In this document: positions 17,978 through 26,835 of the stretch, piece after piece
Position numbering within the stretch: the first letter of the stretch is position 1
Layout: every line of letters begins with the position of its first letter
Source of the DNA: Nitrospirota bacterium
GTDB taxonomy: Bacteria; Nitrospirota; Thermodesulfovibrionia; Thermodesulfovibrionales; Dissulfurispiraceae
Length of the DNA: 33,730 nt
Direction: 5' to 3'
Assembly: GCA_040754455.1 (NCBI GenBank)
Contig: JBFMCP010000035.1
Coordinates: 1 to 33,730, forward strand
Notes under the pieces: generated by a model
The model's input: only the letters and a program-made list of their open reading frames with translations
Database searches by the model: none
Told to the model about the DNA's origin: nothing
Made by a program: the position numbers and the translations under genes

Positions 17978-18760
17978 GTGAAAGAGCTAGTACCTTTTAA
18001 CAAAGATGCATACAGGACAGCGCCGGGCAAAGCCTCTGCATTTGCAAAAGCGTTCCCTTCCTTTAGCTATTATCGCCGGATGGCGGGCATCGTTGTCAGG
18101 TCGAGTCGCATGGCAAAGCGCTCGCAGTACGGCACCCGCGAATGGGCACTGAGCAGCCTCGATATACTCCATGCGCTGGAAAGCGTCGGCGTAGAGTTCG
18201 AAGCAACCGGACTCGGTCATTTCAGGAATATCGAAGGGCCATGCGTCTTCATCGGCAACCACATGAGCACCCTCGAAACCTTTGTGCTCCCCTGCATTAT
18301 CGCGCTCACAAAAGAGGTAACCTTTGTCGTAAAACAGAGTCTTATTGATTATCCCGTTTTCAAATACGTCATGCGCTCACGAAACCCCATTGTTGTCGGC
18401 CGCACGAATCCGCGAGAGGATCTAAAAGCAGTGCTCGAAGGCGGCACCGAGCGATTGCATGCAGGCATATCGATTATAATCTTTCCGCAGACGACGAGGA
18501 CAACGACGTTTGATCCCGAAGCATTCAACACCATCGGCATCAAACTCGCCAAAAAAGCAGACGTGCCGGTTGTTCCCATCGCACTGAAAACCGATGCCTG
18601 GGGCAACGGGAGGCTGCTCAAGGACTTCGGCAAGATCGATCCATCGAAGAAAGTCTATTTCGCCTTCGGCGAGCCGCTCCGTATCAAAGGCCGCGGCACC
18701 GAGGAGCATCAGCAGATCATCGATTTCATCAGCGGAAAGCTGAAAGAATGGAGCAGGTAG
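17978..18760 (+). CDS. 1-acyl-sn-glycerol-3-phosphate acyltransferase (PlsC/LPLAT family)
   Basis: NHMSTLET (NHxxxxD/E), FVVK, IIIFPQTTR, VPVVP. AGGAG RBS; TTGACA upstream at 17924. Confidence 0.88.
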   Translation: MKELVPFNKDAYRTAPGKASAFAKAFPSFSYYRRMAGIVVRSSRMAKRSQYGTREWALSSLDILHALESVGVEFEATGLGHFRNIEGPCVFIGNHMSTLETFVLPCIIALTKEVTFVVKQSLIDYPVFKYVMRSRNPIVVGRTNPREDLKAVLEGGTERLHAGISIIIFPQTTRTTTFDPEAFNTIGIKLAKKADVPVVPIALKTDAWGNGRLLKDFGKIDPSKKVYFAFGEPLRIKGRGTEEHQQIIDFISGKLKEWSR

Positions 18761-18773
18761 AGATCCCTCTCTC

Positions 18774-20903
18774 CTACCTCTTCATCGACAGCGAAATCCT
18801 CTTCCGCTCCAGATCAACCGCCAGCACGGTCACCATCACCCTCTGATGCACTTTGACCACGTCGGCCGGGTTCTTGACGAATTTATCTGCCAGCTCGCTG
18901 ATGTGGACGAGACCGTCCTGGTGTACGCCGATATCGACGAAGACGCCGAAGTTGGTGATGTTTGTAACAATGCCCGGCAGTTTCATTCCGGACTTTATGT
19001 CCTCGAGCTTCTCGACACCCTCGGCGAAGCTGAAAGCTTCGAACCTTTCACGGGGGTCGCGGCCGGGCTTTGCCAGCTCGGTCATGATATCGTTCAATGT
19101 GGGCATGCCGACGGTATCGGTGACATATTTTTTCAGATCGATTTTCTTTCTCAGCTCCTCCTTTTGCATCAGATCGACCACCGAGCATCCCAGGTCGCGC
19201 GCCATGGCATCAACAATCGGGTAGCTCTCCGGATGCACTGCGCTCGCATCGAGCGGATGCTCGCCATCCCTGATGCGCAGGAATCCCGCTGCCTGTTCGA
19301 ATGCCTTGGGTCCGAGGCGGGAGACCTTCTTGAGCTCCTCCCGGGAGCGGAACGGCCCGTGTGCGTTCCGGTAAGCCACGATATTGCCGGCGAGCTGCGG
19401 ACCCAGGCCGGACACATAGGTGAGGAGCTGCTTGCTCGCCGTATTCGCTTCAACGCCGACTTTGTTGACGCAACTGACGACCACATCATCGAGGCTGCGC
19501 CTCAGAGCGCTTTGATCGACATCGTGCTGGTATTGTCCGACACCGATGGATTTGGGATCGATCTTCACCAATTCGGCAAGCGGGTCCATAAGCCTCCTGC
19601 CGATCGAAACGGAACCGCGAACCGTAACATCATAATCAGGGAACTCCTCACGGGCGACCTCTGAAGCGGAATAGATCGATGCCCCGCTCTCGTTGACCAT
19701 GACGATGCTGATTGTTTTCGGCAGGCCGAGACCTCTCACGAATGCCTCGGTCTCCCGCCCGGCGGTACCGTTGCCGATGGCGATTGCCTCTATTGCAAAA
19801 TGCTCACATAAACTTTTTATTCTCGATGCTGCATCGGATCGCTCCCGTTCCGACTGGTGAGGATAAATAGTTTCGTTATGCAGTAGTTTCCCCTGCCTAT
19901 CGAGACACACCACTTTGCAGCCGGTACGGAAGCCGGGATCTATGGCGAGTGTATTCTTCTGCCCCAATGGTGATGCAAGGAGCAGCTGGCGGAGATTCTC
20001 GGCAAAAACTTTTATGGCCTCCTCATCGGCGCGCTCCTTTGTGGCAAGACGCATTTCGGTCTCCATGGATAACGACAAGAGTCTTTTATAGCTGTCGTGA
20101 ACCGCCAACTTCACCTGCTGCGAGGCGGCGGTATCGCCTTTTACGAACAATGCTGCAAGCAATGCCAATGCCTCCTCTTCTGGCGGCATGATGCGGAGGA
20201 CGAGGAAGCCTTCATGTTCACCGCGCCGCATGGCAAGAATCCGGTGTGACGGCGCCTTTGCGACCGGCTCTTCCCATTCGAAGTAATCCTTGTATTTGAT
20301 CCCTTCCACCTCTTTCCCGGTGATCACCTTCGACCTGAAGACCCCCCTAGTCATATAGAGCTCGCGCATCTTCGCCCGGGCATTCTGGTCCTCACTCACC
20401 CATTCGGCAATAATGTCCCGCGCACCGGCAAGGGCGTCCTCAACTGTTGCGACGCCCTTTTCGGTATCAACAAATGCAGCGGCTTCGGTTGCCGGGTCTC
20501 TTTCATCCTGGGCGAAGACGATCTGCGCGAGTGGCTCTAAGCCTTTCTCCTTAGCGATGGTGGCGCGGGTGCGGCGCTTGGGCCGGTAGGGCAAATACAC
20601 ATCCTCAAGCCCGACCATTGTCTCTGCAGCATCGATCTTTTCTTTCAATTCATCGGTAAGCAGGTTCCGCTCTTCAAGGGATTTAAGGATTGCCTCGCGC
20701 CGTTTATCCAATTCCCCGAGCTGGACGAGCCGATCCCGGACAGCGGTGATGATAACCTCGTCCAGACTGCCCGTCGCCTCTTTTCTATAGCGCGCGATAA
20801 AAGGCACGGTGGCGCCCTCCTCAAGGAGCGCTGCTACAGCCTTTATCTGTTTCAATGCAAGGTTGAGCTCCTGTGCGATCTTCGCACTATGTGCTTCGTT
20901 CAT
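18774..20903 (-). CDS. tex: Tex family RNA-binding transcriptional accessory protein
   Basis: GATVPFIARYRKEATG, DPGFRTGCK, IGNGTAGRET, DPLAELVKIDPKSIGVGQYQHDV, C-terminal S1 domain. ATG 20903 behind GAGG. Confidence 0.96.
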   Translation of the reverse strand: MNEAHSAKIAQELNLALKQIKAVAALLEEGATVPFIARYRKEATGSLDEVIITAVRDRLVQLGELDKRREAILKSLEERNLLTDELKEKIDAAETMVGLEDVYLPYRPKRRTRATIAKEKGLEPLAQIVFAQDERDPATEAAAFVDTEKGVATVEDALAGARDIIAEWVSEDQNARAKMRELYMTRGVFRSKVITGKEVEGIKYKDYFEWEEPVAKAPSHRILAMRRGEHEGFLVLRIMPPEEEALALLAALFVKGDTAASQQVKLAVHDSYKRLLSLSMETEMRLATKERADEEAIKVFAENLRQLLLASPLGQKNTLAIDPGFRTGCKVVCLDRQGKLLHNETIYPHQSERERSDAASRIKSLCEHFAIEAIAIGNGTAGRETEAFVRGLGLPKTISIVMVNESGASIYSASEVAREEFPDYDVTVRGSVSIGRRLMDPLAELVKIDPKSIGVGQYQHDVDQSALRRSLDDVVVSCVNKVGVEANTASKQLLTYVSGLGPQLAGNIVAYRNAHGPFRSREELKKVSRLGPKAFEQAAGFLRIRDGEHPLDASAVHPESYPIVDAMARDLGCSVVDLMQKEELRKKIDLKKYVTDTVGMPTLNDIMTELAKPGRDPRERFEAFSFAEGVEKLEDIKSGMKLPGIVTNITNFGVFVDIGVHQDGLVHISELADKFVKNPADVVKVHQRVMVTVLAVDLERKRISLSMKR

Positions 20904-21004
20904 CCTGACCTCTCTTTTATGATTACTTGGTAAAAACCAAAAATATACCAAAAAATAATCGAAGCAGGCAACCACTGCAGAGCACTGAAAATAAATCTTA
21001 TTGT

Positions 21005-21037
21005 AAAAAAAGGGGCAAGGGTGTTTTCCCTTGCCCC
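21005..21037 (-). terminator. Rho-independent terminator of the monoheme/Ig-repeat gene
   Basis: GGGGCAAGGG-loop-CCCTTGCCCC perfect 10-bp stem followed by T7 on the minus strand. Confidence 0.9.
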
Positions 21038-21053
21038 GTGAGTTTGGATTGGC

Positions 21054-23207
21054 TTATTCGACCCAGAAGCTGGTCAGCCAGTAGGAGTATCTCACGATCT
21101 TCCCGGCCGGTGTTGCCAGGAGTCCGAGCCGGTAGACGCCTCCGGGCACCTCCGAGGTGGAGAGCGTCCCGAAGAGCGATTCGTTCACCGGTCCTGTCAC
21201 CCTCGACTTCCAGGGCTCGATGCCTCTCAGCTCGGCCTCATCGTCATCATCCCCGCGCACCATGAATTTTGAGACGGGGATAAAGGTCTTGTCAGGCTTC
21301 ATCACATACATATTGAAAGGATCGGAAGCCGGCATGTACAGCGTCACATACAGGTCCGTCAGCCTGTTAAACCTGGCGGTGCCGATAGTTATATTGAGCG
21401 TCGTACCGCCGTCGGCAAGAGCGCCGATTCCTATCGGCATCGCATCGTCAGTATCCGTATTGAGTACCGGCATATCGACGGGCTTATAGATATACGAGCC
21501 CCCGGTTCTCTTAGGCAGATCACGAATGCGGAGGCGGCCCCGGTAACGCTCGCCGTCATCACCATCTCTATTCTTTCCCTCGCCGGGAATGTCAAACCCT
21601 GTCATCCAGTAATGGTAGTCCTTGAGGGTTCCGGATGGCGTGATCAGGAGACCGATCATATACCGTCCCTGTTGCATCCTTGAAATCGGTATGGAGCCGA
21701 ACAGTGATTCATTGATGGTCCCCTTTATTCCCTTCTTCCACGGCACCAGTTTTCCGTCTGATGCAGGGACAAAGGTCTTGTCAGGTCTCATGACATAGAT
21801 ATTCAAGGGATCCCCGGAGTGTGACTGGAGAACGATATACACATCTACAGGATTGGTGAACGCACCGGTACGCACGGTGGCGTTGAAGGTTGTTCCACCG
21901 GTCGCAACCGGTCCGACTCCCAGGGGTTTCGAATCATCAAATTTTGTGTTCAGCACCGGTGTTGCCACAGGCGCATAGGAATAGACAGAGCCGTACTGAT
22001 CAGCAATGACAGGGAAAATGTCGGCAGTGCTATCAGACTGCGTGATGGTTACCGACGCGCTCCTGCTTGCCGATACATTACCTGCTGCATCCTTTGCCCA
22101 TGCATAGAGGGTTTTCGAACCTGCTGTCGCAAAGGTGTAGCTCGTCGGCGCCGTTGCCTTCCAGCCCGCTGCGTTGGCCGCAGGTGCGGTTGCTGATTCA
22201 CTCACCATATACCCGGTAACGCCAACATTATCTGTTGCGGACATGCTGATCGCCACAGTCAATGAGGTCGATGTCGCGGGTATCGTAAAGACGGTGACAG
22301 TCGGTGCTGCCATATCGGCTGTCGCAATCGTGATCGTCACCGATCCGCTCCTGCTCGCCGACACGTTACCTGCCGCATCTTTTGCCCACGCATACAGCGT
22401 CTTCGTGCCCGGCGTCCCAAACGTATAGCTGGCGGGAGCTGTCGTGCTCCAGCCTGCTGCGCTTGCCGCTGGTGCAGTTGCTGATTCTGTCACCATATAC
22501 CCTGTAACGCCAACGTTGTCTGTTGCAGCAAAGCCGCTGATCGAAACAGTCAATGTCGTTGCAGTTGCAGGGATGCTGAAGCCGGTCACCGTCGGCGCTG
22601 TCGTGTCAGCAGTCGAGAGGGTAATCGTTACCGATCCACTCCTGCTTGCCGATACGTTACCTGCTGCGTCCTTTGCCCATGCATAGAGCGTCTTTGTACC
22701 TGCTGTCGCAAAGGTGTAGCTGGTGGGAGCGGTCGCACTCCAGCCTGCTGCACCTGCTGCAGGGGCGGTTGCGGATTCGTTCACCAGATACCCGGTGACG
22801 CCAACGTTGTCTGTTGCCGTCATAGAGACCGACACGGTCAAGGTATTCGCTGTTGCAGGTACCGTAAAGCCCGTTACGATCGGTGCTGTCGTGTCCACCG
22901 GCGCCGGCTTGCTTGCTGCATTGCCAGGGAACGTTCTGGCAGTGATCTCAGCGATGTTGGTGAAGCCGTCACCATCGGAATCCTGCCCCTCGATTCCCCT
23001 GAAACTGTATCCACTGTTTACATAAGCATCGCCATACGGATTGAGATCCGGAGGTGAAGTATGACAGAGCGAGCACGAAGCTATTGCTGTCCCCGCAGTG
23101 CCGTACGTTGCATTAAAGCTGCTCAGATAGCCCGAGACTCCATAAGCCATACTTGCAGTCCCGATGATAAGAAGCACAAGAAGACCAATGACCAATCTTT
23201 TCCCCAT
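21054..23207 (-). CDS. Secreted modular protein: N-terminal monoheme (CxxCH) domain, three Ig-like repeats and two C-terminal repeats
   Basis: 717 aa. Signal peptide, CSLCH, LNPYG, DSDGDG, three copies of D..AP...ATDNVGVTGY...AWAKDAAGNVS, two ~130-145-aa C-terminal repeats. AGGAG RBS. Confidence 0.85.
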   Translation of the reverse strand: MGKRLVIGLLVLLIIGTASMAYGVSGYLSSFNATYGTAGTAIASCSLCHTSPPDLNPYGDAYVNSGYSFRGIEGQDSDGDGFTNIAEITARTFPGNAASKPAPVDTTAPIVTGFTVPATANTLTVSVSMTATDNVGVTGYLVNESATAPAAGAAGWSATAPTSYTFATAGTKTLYAWAKDAAGNVSASRSGSVTITLSTADTTAPTVTGFSIPATATTLTVSISGFAATDNVGVTGYMVTESATAPAASAAGWSTTAPASYTFGTPGTKTLYAWAKDAAGNVSASRSGSVTITIATADMAAPTVTVFTIPATSTSLTVAISMSATDNVGVTGYMVSESATAPAANAAGWKATAPTSYTFATAGSKTLYAWAKDAAGNVSASRSASVTITQSDSTADIFPVIADQYGSVYSYAPVATPVLNTKFDDSKPLGVGPVATGGTTFNATVRTGAFTNPVDVYIVLQSHSGDPLNIYVMRPDKTFVPASDGKLVPWKKGIKGTINESLFGSIPISRMQQGRYMIGLLITPSGTLKDYHYWMTGFDIPGEGKNRDGDDGERYRGRLRIRDLPKRTGGSYIYKPVDMPVLNTDTDDAMPIGIGALADGGTTLNITIGTARFNRLTDLYVTLYMPASDPFNMYVMKPDKTFIPVSKFMVRGDDDDEAELRGIEPWKSRVTGPVNESLFGTLSTSEVPGGVYRLGLLATPAGKIVRYSYWLTSFWVE
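22041..22895 (-). repeat. Three intragenic tandem repeats of ~288-291 bp encoding Ig-like domains
   Basis: Repeat starts at 22895, 22607 and 22316; near-identical protein sequence with synonymous divergence. Confidence 0.92.
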
Positions 23208-23331
23208 TTACCTCTCCTTTGACTTCGTCCTCTGATAATTTCTACGAGGACGACTGGTTTCCCCCTGCTTTCTGCAGAAGTTCGTTGTTCTATTGGCTGG
23301 CCAGCCACAAAGACTTTTGATCTACAGAAGA

Positions 23332-23347
23332 TGCAAAGCGGGTGCCA
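23332..23347 (-). promoter_or_regulatory. Sigma54 (-24/-12) promoter
   Basis: Minus strand TGGCAC-CCGCT-TTGCA matches TGGCAC-N5-TTGCW, about 125 nt upstream of the 23207 start and in the same orientation. Confidence 0.85.
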
Positions 23348-23364
23348 TCGCTGCTACTAATGTA

Positions 23365-23377
23365 TAATCCTTTGATT
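23365..23377 (-). promoter_or_regulatory. IHF-binding site upstream of the sigma54 promoter
   Basis: Minus strand AATCAAAGGATTA matches WATCAANNNNTTR, just upstream of the -24 element. Confidence 0.65.
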
Positions 23378-23656
23378 TACCGAAGACACGAAGAACCGCA
23401 ACGGAGATGTACATTATTTCTTAGAGCTTTCTGTATGGATTCCTGTACAGAGGGGTGGGTGAGGCAGCATCAGAGGCACAACGTTTTTAATCTTCTTTAA
23501 TAGATACTTGCAACATGTCTGGATATCACTACACCAGCTGTCATCCCGCAGCACACTGAAGCGGAAGATTTCGGACGGCAGCGTACATATGCAGAGGGGG
23601 GGTCTGATAAAAATCCGATGCACGGACAGACACTTAAAGGAAGGGGATACAAGAGA

Positions 23657-23679
23657 GGGGGTACTGAAAGCTTACCCCC
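23657..23679 (-). terminator. Hairpin downstream of the small lipoprotein gene
   Basis: GGGGGTA-loop-TACCCCC followed by TCTCTT on the minus strand; weak U-tract. Confidence 0.45.
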
Positions 23680-23714
23680 CGAAACTGCCGTAAATCAACG
23701 ACACACCCTTAATC

Positions 23715-23849
23715 TTAATAATGCACTTCGTGTCCCGGATGGCCGGGGTGTGACTCGGACCCCGTACTCGTTTTTTTGTACTCCACGGAAGAGCATCCTG
23801 CGACACCGAGTACATACAGCATCACCAAAAGAATTGCAAGCGTTTTCAT
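23715..23849 (-). CDS. Small His-rich lipoprotein (44 aa)
   Basis: My translation: MKTLAILLVMLYVLGVAGCSSVEYKKTSTGSESHPGHPGHEVHY*. GAGGAGG RBS, MK + hydrophobic core + VAG-C lipobox. Below the ORF-track cutoff. Confidence 0.85.
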   Translation of the reverse strand: MKTLAILLVMLYVLGVAGCSSVEYKKTSTGSESHPGHPGHEVHY

Positions 23850-24032
23850 TCCACCCTCCTCTATACAATTTAAATAATGTAGTAAATCTCTTCCTCATTA
23901 TATTCAATTTCAGGCCGCTGCGTAAGGGGCTCAAAGGGTATTTTTTTCAGCACCGGCTCCCCTTGTTCATTATTGTATTTACCTGTTTTTTTCGCTACAA
24001 TTCTTACGTAACCGATAGTTCACTGTGCATGA

Positions 24033-24962
24033 ATGAAAATACGTATTTTAATTTGGATTCCGGCACTACTCATCCTGACCTGTCCGGCATATGGAAAAAT
24101 GAACGATATACGACAGAATCTTTTTGCAACGGTACACTACCTCGCCCATGATATCGGTCCTCGAAGCTATCGTCATATCGACGCCCTCAACAAAACCGCC
24201 GATTATATAGAAAGCAGATTCCTCTCCCTCGGCCTCGCAACAGAGCGCCAGCCCTTCATCTACAACGGTCGCACCTATTACAACATCAGCGCTGAAGTGA
24301 AAGGGACAGCGGCATCAGCCGGCGGCATTCTCGTCATCGGAGCGCACTATGATACGGTCGCCGACACCCCCGGCGCCGATGACAATGCAAGCGGTGTTGC
24401 AGGGCTGCTCGAACTGGCGCGACTCACCGCCCGGAATCCGCTCCCGAGAACAGTACGTTTTGTCGCTTTCACCCTTGAAGAGCCCCCTACCTTCATGACG
24501 AGCAGGATGGGGAGTTATGTCTGCGCAAAGAGCCTCAGAGAGGACAATGTAGACATTTACGGAATGATCTCCCTCGAAATGCTCGGTTACTACTGTGATC
24601 AAAAGGATTGCCAGTACTATCCGCTGCCGCCGTTCAAGTGGATTTATCCCGACAGGGGCAATTTTATCGCCTTTGTCAGCAACATCTCCTCAAAGGCGTT
24701 TACCAGAAAATTGAAAGAGGCGTTTAAAGCATCTTCATCACTACCGGTAGAATCACTGAGTGCACCATCGGCCATCCCTGGAGTCGATTTCTCGGACCAC
24801 CGCAGCTTCTGGAAATTCGGCTACCCGGCACTGATGATTACCGATACCGCTTTCTACAGGAATCCGAATTACCACAGTCCGGGAGATGTCCCCTCGACAC
24901 TGGATTTCGATCGGATGGCTGAGCTGGTGAGAGGTCTGTACAAGGCGCTCACTCAACTCTAG
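24033..24962 (+). CDS. M28 family metallopeptidase, secreted
   Basis: Signal peptide; GAHYDT, PGADDNASG, FTLEE, MISLEM, SDH, YHSPGD. Confidence 0.92.
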   Translation: MKIRILIWIPALLILTCPAYGKMNDIRQNLFATVHYLAHDIGPRSYRHIDALNKTADYIESRFLSLGLATERQPFIYNGRTYYNISAEVKGTAASAGGILVIGAHYDTVADTPGADDNASGVAGLLELARLTARNPLPRTVRFVAFTLEEPPTFMTSRMGSYVCAKSLREDNVDIYGMISLEMLGYYCDQKDCQYYPLPPFKWIYPDRGNFIAFVSNISSKAFTRKLKEAFKASSSLPVESLSAPSAIPGVDFSDHRSFWKFGYPALMITDTAFYRNPNYHSPGDVPSTLDFDRMAELVRGLYKALTQL

Positions 24963-25038
24963 TGCTGCTTCAGCACCTACCACCGGTCATCCCGTCATTC
25001 GCTTGCGATTGTCTTCATCGATACCCTACAATAACAGC

Positions 25039-25824
25039 ATGACAATCGGACTGATCGGCGGCAGCGGGCTTTACGAAATCGAGGGGGTTGAGACCACACG
25101 TGAAGTCACCGTATCTACCCCCTACGGCGAACCTTCGGCGCCGTATCGAATCGGTATGCTAGAGGGAAAGGAAATTGTATTTCTCGCACGCCACGGCACC
25201 TCCCATTCTTTTCCGCCGCATAAAGTAAACTACCGGGCGAACATCTGGGGCCTCAAATCGCTGGGCGTCGAGCGTATTTTATCGGTGAGTGCTGTCGGCG
25301 GCATTAACAAGGCCTTGCCGCCCGGCTCAATCGTGCTCCTCGATCAGATAATCGATATGACCTTCGGTGCGCGTGCCTCCACCTACTATGAGGGCAGCAA
25401 GGTCGTCCATATCGATTTCACCAATCCCTACTGCTCCGAAATGCGCTCCACCATTATGCAGGGCGCACGGAACATCGGTGTGCCGCTCGTAGAGGCCGGC
25501 ACGTACATCTGCGTCAATGGACCGCGGCTTGAGACAGCGAAGGAGATTCAGTTCTTTTCCATGATCGGAGCCGATGTGGTCGGCATGACCGCGATGCCCG
25601 AAGCAGCGCTTGCGCGGGAATTGGAGCTCTGCTTCGCGGGGCTTGCGGTGGTGACCAATCATGCTGCAGGCATAGCGGAGCGGAAGCTGACGACCACGGA
25701 GGTAGTGGAGACGATGAAAGGGTCTCTCGCACAACTGAAAGCGCTGCTCAGAGCGGTCGTCACGCGGTTCCCCGGCTGTCGCAGCTGCCCCTGCAGGGAA
25801 GCATTGAAAGAAGCGGAGATGTAG
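25039..25824 (+). CDS. mtnP: S-methyl-5'-thioadenosine/thioinosine phosphorylase
   Basis: IGLIGGSG, TPYG.PS, RHG..H..PPH..NYRAN, GPRLET..E, DVVGMT..PE. Start moved to ATG 25039, 6 nt after TACAAT. Confidence 0.92.
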   Translation: MTIGLIGGSGLYEIEGVETTREVTVSTPYGEPSAPYRIGMLEGKEIVFLARHGTSHSFPPHKVNYRANIWGLKSLGVERILSVSAVGGINKALPPGSIVLLDQIIDMTFGARASTYYEGSKVVHIDFTNPYCSEMRSTIMQGARNIGVPLVEAGTYICVNGPRLETAKEIQFFSMIGADVVGMTAMPEAALARELELCFAGLAVVTNHAAGIAERKLTTTEVVETMKGSLAQLKALLRAVVTRFPGCRSCPCREALKEAEM

Positions 25825-25844
25825 TACTCCCATCAGTCCTTTCC

Positions 25845-25874
25845 TTGACAGTATTCTCGCAATCCTATTATCAT
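25845..25874 (+). promoter_or_regulatory. Sigma70-type promoter for the yebC-DUF502-glmU-glmS run
   Basis: TTGACA-18 nt-TATCAT. Confidence 0.65.
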
Positions 25875-25954
25875 AAAAGATAAGCTGTTCATTGATTAAT
25901 GAATGCGTACCGGCATTCCATTTCCAACGTTAAAACTCATCACGGGGGACGCAC

Positions 25955-26707
25955 ATGGCAGGGCACTCAAAATGGGCGCAGATCAAGCATAAAAAAGCTC
26001 ATACTGATGCAAAGAGGGGCAAGGTCTTTACAAAAATCGTCAAAGAGATTTCCGTTGCCGCACGCATCGGGGGCGGTGACCCCGGCGGAAATCCCCGCCT
26101 CAGGGCCGCCATCGAAAAAGCCAAAGAGGCGAACATGCCCTCAGAGAATATAAAAAAAGCCATTATGAAGGGTACCGGAGAATTACCGGGCGTCACCTAT
26201 GAAGAAGCGACGTACGAGGGGTACGGACCCGGGGGTGCAGCGGTCCTCATAGAGACGCTGAGCGACAACAAGAACAGGACCGTCTCCGAAATACGGCACA
26301 TCCTTTCAAAGAACGGCGGCAGCCTCGGTGAATCAGGATGCGTGGCATGGATGTTTGAAAAAAAAGGCTATATCCTCGTCGAAAAAGCCAAAGCCGATGA
26401 AGACACCCTGATGTCGCTGGTGCTCGACGCTGGCGCTGAAGATATGAAGAACGACCCGAAAGAGGACAGCTACGAGATCATCACGGCACCGGACCAGATG
26501 GAGGCGGTGAAGGAAGCGATCACCAAAGGAGGTATCGCCGTATCCCTCGCCGAGATCACCATGCTTCCCAAAACCTATGTACCCCTTGAGGGCCAGACAT
26601 CGGAGCAGATGGTACGGCTCATTGACGCACTCGAAGACAACGACGACGTACAGAACGTGTACAGCAATTTCGATATAACCGACGAATCGGTAGCTCTGAG
26701 AGGTTAA
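25955..26707 (+). CDS. yebC: YebC/PmpR family protein
   Basis: [41 protein letters not shown]. Confidence 0.96.
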   Translation: MAGHSKWAQIKHKKAHTDAKRGKVFTKIVKEISVAARIGGGDPGGNPRLRAAIEKAKEANMPSENIKKAIMKGTGELPGVTYEEATYEGYGPGGAAVLIETLSDNKNRTVSEIRHILSKNGGSLGESGCVAWMFEKKGYILVEKAKADEDTLMSLVLDAGAEDMKNDPKEDSYEIITAPDQMEAVKEAITKGGIAVSLAEITMLPKTYVPLEGQTSEQMVRLIDALEDNDDVQNVYSNFDITDESVALRG

Positions 26708-26821
26708 AAGTAAGAAGTGGAAACGAGAAGGATGTAATTACGTTGTCGCATTGTTAAGAATCTGTTATGAAAAAGAGCAAAAGTTCTTTACTTCCTATTT
26801 TTTACTTCTTACTTCCTACTT
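26708..26821. repeat. Heptamer-periodic tandem repeat with a partial inverted arm
   Basis: TTTACTT CCTATTT TTTACTT CTTACTT CCTACTT (26787-26821); complementary arm AAGTAAGAAGT at 26708. Confidence 0.75.
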
Positions 26822-26835
26822 AACCAGGGAGCTAT

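Noticed and set aside
22041..22895. Regularly spaced repeats considered as a CRISPR array or DGR template/variable pair
   Set aside because: In-frame ~290-bp protein domain repeats with mostly synonymous differences; no spacers, cas genes or reverse transcriptase.
23618..24151. 177-aa plus-strand ORF and other short track ORFs in 23414-23934
   Set aside because: No RBS or motifs, and they overlap the better supported lipoprotein gene or the M28 peptidase start.
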